Source of the DNA: the human T2T-CHM13v2.0 reference genome, Homo sapiens
Strand: one strand, 5' to 3'
DNA length: 64,000 nucleotides
Assembly (NCBI RefSeq): GCF_009914755.1
Contig: NC_060925.1
This document shows, piece after piece, positions 61,555 through 64,000 of this stretch. The translations under genes were made by a program, and so were the position numbers. The number at the start of each line of letters is the position of its first letter. Positions within the stretch are counted from its first letter, which is position 1. A model generated the notes under the pieces. It saw nothing but the letters and a program-made list of their open reading frames with translations, was not told the DNA's origin and searched no databases.

Positions 61555-62945
61555 AAAGGATGAAGAATAGTCAAACATTTTGAAGAACAAGATGAGGCTC
61601 CTTGTTCTCCCTAGATATCAGTGCTGATTATAAAGCTTGAGTAATCAGGACAGTTTTTTCAGTTTTCAACTTGCATAGAATAGAAAGAACAAATTGCCCA
61701 TCCCCAAAAATAAACCAATGAACTGATACATGATATGCTATGCAGTAATGCAAGCATTCATTCCATGGGGAGGAAAGTAGAAAAGTAAAATGAATCCCTA
61801 CCTCACACCATACAAATAATCAATTTCAGATGATTTAAAGTCTAAAAGGTAAAACATTAAAATTGTAAGCCTTTTAGAATACAACATAGAAAAATACATT
61901 CATAACCTGGGAGGGGGGGGTAATAAAGGTTTTCTTAAGCTAGATATAAAGCATATTCCATAAAGGAAAGTATTGATAAAGTTATCAATTATAGCTTATT
62001 TTTATAAAAATACACCACCATATGAAGATTGAAAGTCAAAGAAGTGATACAACTGACAGAGGATTAAAATCTAGGCTACACACACAGACATAGATATACA
62101 AATCAAGAAAACCCAATGAAAATTAGTGAAATATATAAATAAGCAATTCATATTGAAAATGGGAATGGTAAACCTATTAAAAGCTGCTCAACCTCATAAG
62201 TAAGAAAGGAAATGTGAATGTAAACCTTAATAAAGTACCTTTTTACACCCCTTAGGCTGGACAACATGAAAATGTCTGATAATACCAAGTATTGCCAGAG
62301 TGTGGACCAAGAAAAACTCTTACAAATACTAATAAAACTGTAAACCATGTGAAAAACAATTTAATATTGACTGTATCATACCCTGAAACAGAAATCCACT
62401 CCTAGGTGATACATTAACTAGAAAAATTTTTATGCACATTCATAAAGAGATATAAACAAACATGTTCCCAACAGTATTACTTATAATAGTAAAAACTGTC
62501 ATCAGAATGTGAATGTGGTGAGTTTATACAATTAACTATTATGCAGCATCAAAAATCAGTCAACCAGAGTGACACATATGAATATGAATCATTATTATTT
62601 ACATAATGTTGATATTTTAAAAATCAAAAGCAATTTGCAAAAGAATGCATACTGTATTATATCATTTATATAAGGGTTACCTATGCTAAGCGGTACAAAA
62701 ATATTGTTAGTACTCAAAGTGCACAAAATGTATGAATGTATAAATGTACAAATAAATACAAAATTTAGAAATGAGGTTATCTTTTGTGTGTGGGGGAATG
62801 GGGTGGACAGAGAGAGGAATGGGAGAGGAGGCTTCAGTCATATCCATAATGCTTTCTTAATGGGCATAATGGGTATATCAGTGGTCATTGTATTTTTTCA
62901 TCTTAGGCAAATTAATGTTTACAAAATAATTATTCAAATGAATTA
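61555..62945 (+). mobile_element. Old L1ME 3' region
   Basis: ccctacctcacaccatacaaataatcaatttcagatg; atgtctgataataccaagtattg; ccactcctaggt motifs. Confidence 0.7.
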
Positions 62946-63399
62946 AAATCCACAATAAAGAAGCATTTTCTTTAGCTAGAACAGATTGTTAATTTGAGAG
63001 GCCAATTTCATAGTAAAAGCCCTCTAACAAATTCATTTGAAGAAAAATCTTAATGACCTACCTCCATTTTCTATTCAGAACCTCAGCCTGGTTTTTCAAA
63101 AACTAACCACAACAAAGCATCACTGTCCACCCTTACAGTACCCCACTCATACTGATCCTGTCTTACTAAGGTCTACTGTCTCTGAGGTTTTCAGACCTTC
63201 ATCTTCATGCATCAAAATTCAGTAATGTTTTCTATTTCCCTAATTACCAGTATCTAATTAAGCCAATCCTGTTAAGATACTAACAACTCAAAAACTAAAA
63301 GTGTTATCCTGTCTATATGTACTTTTATTTTAATGAGTAATTGCCAAAGGGGATATCTTTTACGACAAGTGTAGCATTTCAGGCATCCAAAGGGAAATA

Positions 63400-64000
63400 T
63401 TCAAAGATATTTGACATCTTATTGTTTAATATCGCCATGAGTTTTATTTTCAAATAAGGTTAGTCTTGCTTATCCTAAGAAGCATTATCATTTCAAAGAT
63501 TTTAGCAGTGTGGGTCAAAGAAATTGATTAACAACTTGCAAAATTTTATAGCCTTAATGTCTAAACATTTATAGATGTAATAGGAACATCAAATCTGTTA
63601 AAACTGCCTTGATCTAATTTGTAAAATGGTGATAGTTTTTAGTGTTGGGCCTCTGCTTGAACAACATCCAAAGTATATTTAGCATTTATCTTTCTCCAAT
63701 TTTTAGACAGTCATCTGCATTTCCAGAGGGTTGATGACAGGGCAGCTTGAAGTTTAAAGACAGCACCTGCATTTGCATTTCAATAGTTCCATAATTCTAT
63801 GAAACCACTGAAATCTCTTCAATGTCTCATTGTTTAAATAGTAAAGGTGGCCAGATTTTGTTCAAGATTCATAATCTTACAAAAATATGGAGCCGTTGTA
63901 TTCAAAGCTTATTCTAAAGAGAATACCTTCTCTTTACACCTTATAATCCTGTTTGTTAAAACCCATAACCATTAGGTGGACATCTGAACATATTTAAAGT
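63400..64000 (-). mobile_element. Possible ancient RTE-clade LINE (L4/MamRTE-like) remnant
   Basis: Broken - strand translation NAGAVFKLQAALSSTLWKCR*LSK...KIY...CLDIK resembles the post-RT region of RTE elements (KA.AAF..L...LW..R.LS..TK.KIY). Confidence 0.35.

Overview
This is AT-rich, CpG-poor primate (human-like) genomic DNA dominated by layered transposable elements. It contains about 13 Alu/FLAM copies, old L1M/L1ME and younger L1PA elements, L2/MIR, MaLR/ERVL/ERV1 LTRs, a MER4-group-like ERV1 internal segment, and DNA transposons (Tigger2a, MER1A, Charlie1, MER102). I see no intact protein-coding gene, RNA gene, CpG island or CRISPR array. Nearly all ORF-track entries are Alu-, L1-, L2- or microsatellite-derived. 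The best-supported unusual features are: an L1PA4-like insertion combining a 5' inversion, a large internal deletion and a short putative 3' transduction inside one TSD; a second, older 5'-inverted L1; an Alu>L1>AluY triple insertion at one site; a three-arm Alu in one TSD; and two triple-nested LTR/DNA-transposon stacks. Between the repeats lie non-repetitive islands bounded by splice-like signals on both strands. These may be a decayed + strand multi-exon gene (weak RGS-domain-like motifs, speculative) and/or a - strand spliced lncRNA. Repeat subfamily names come from recalled consensus sequences and need RepeatMasker/Dfam confirmation.
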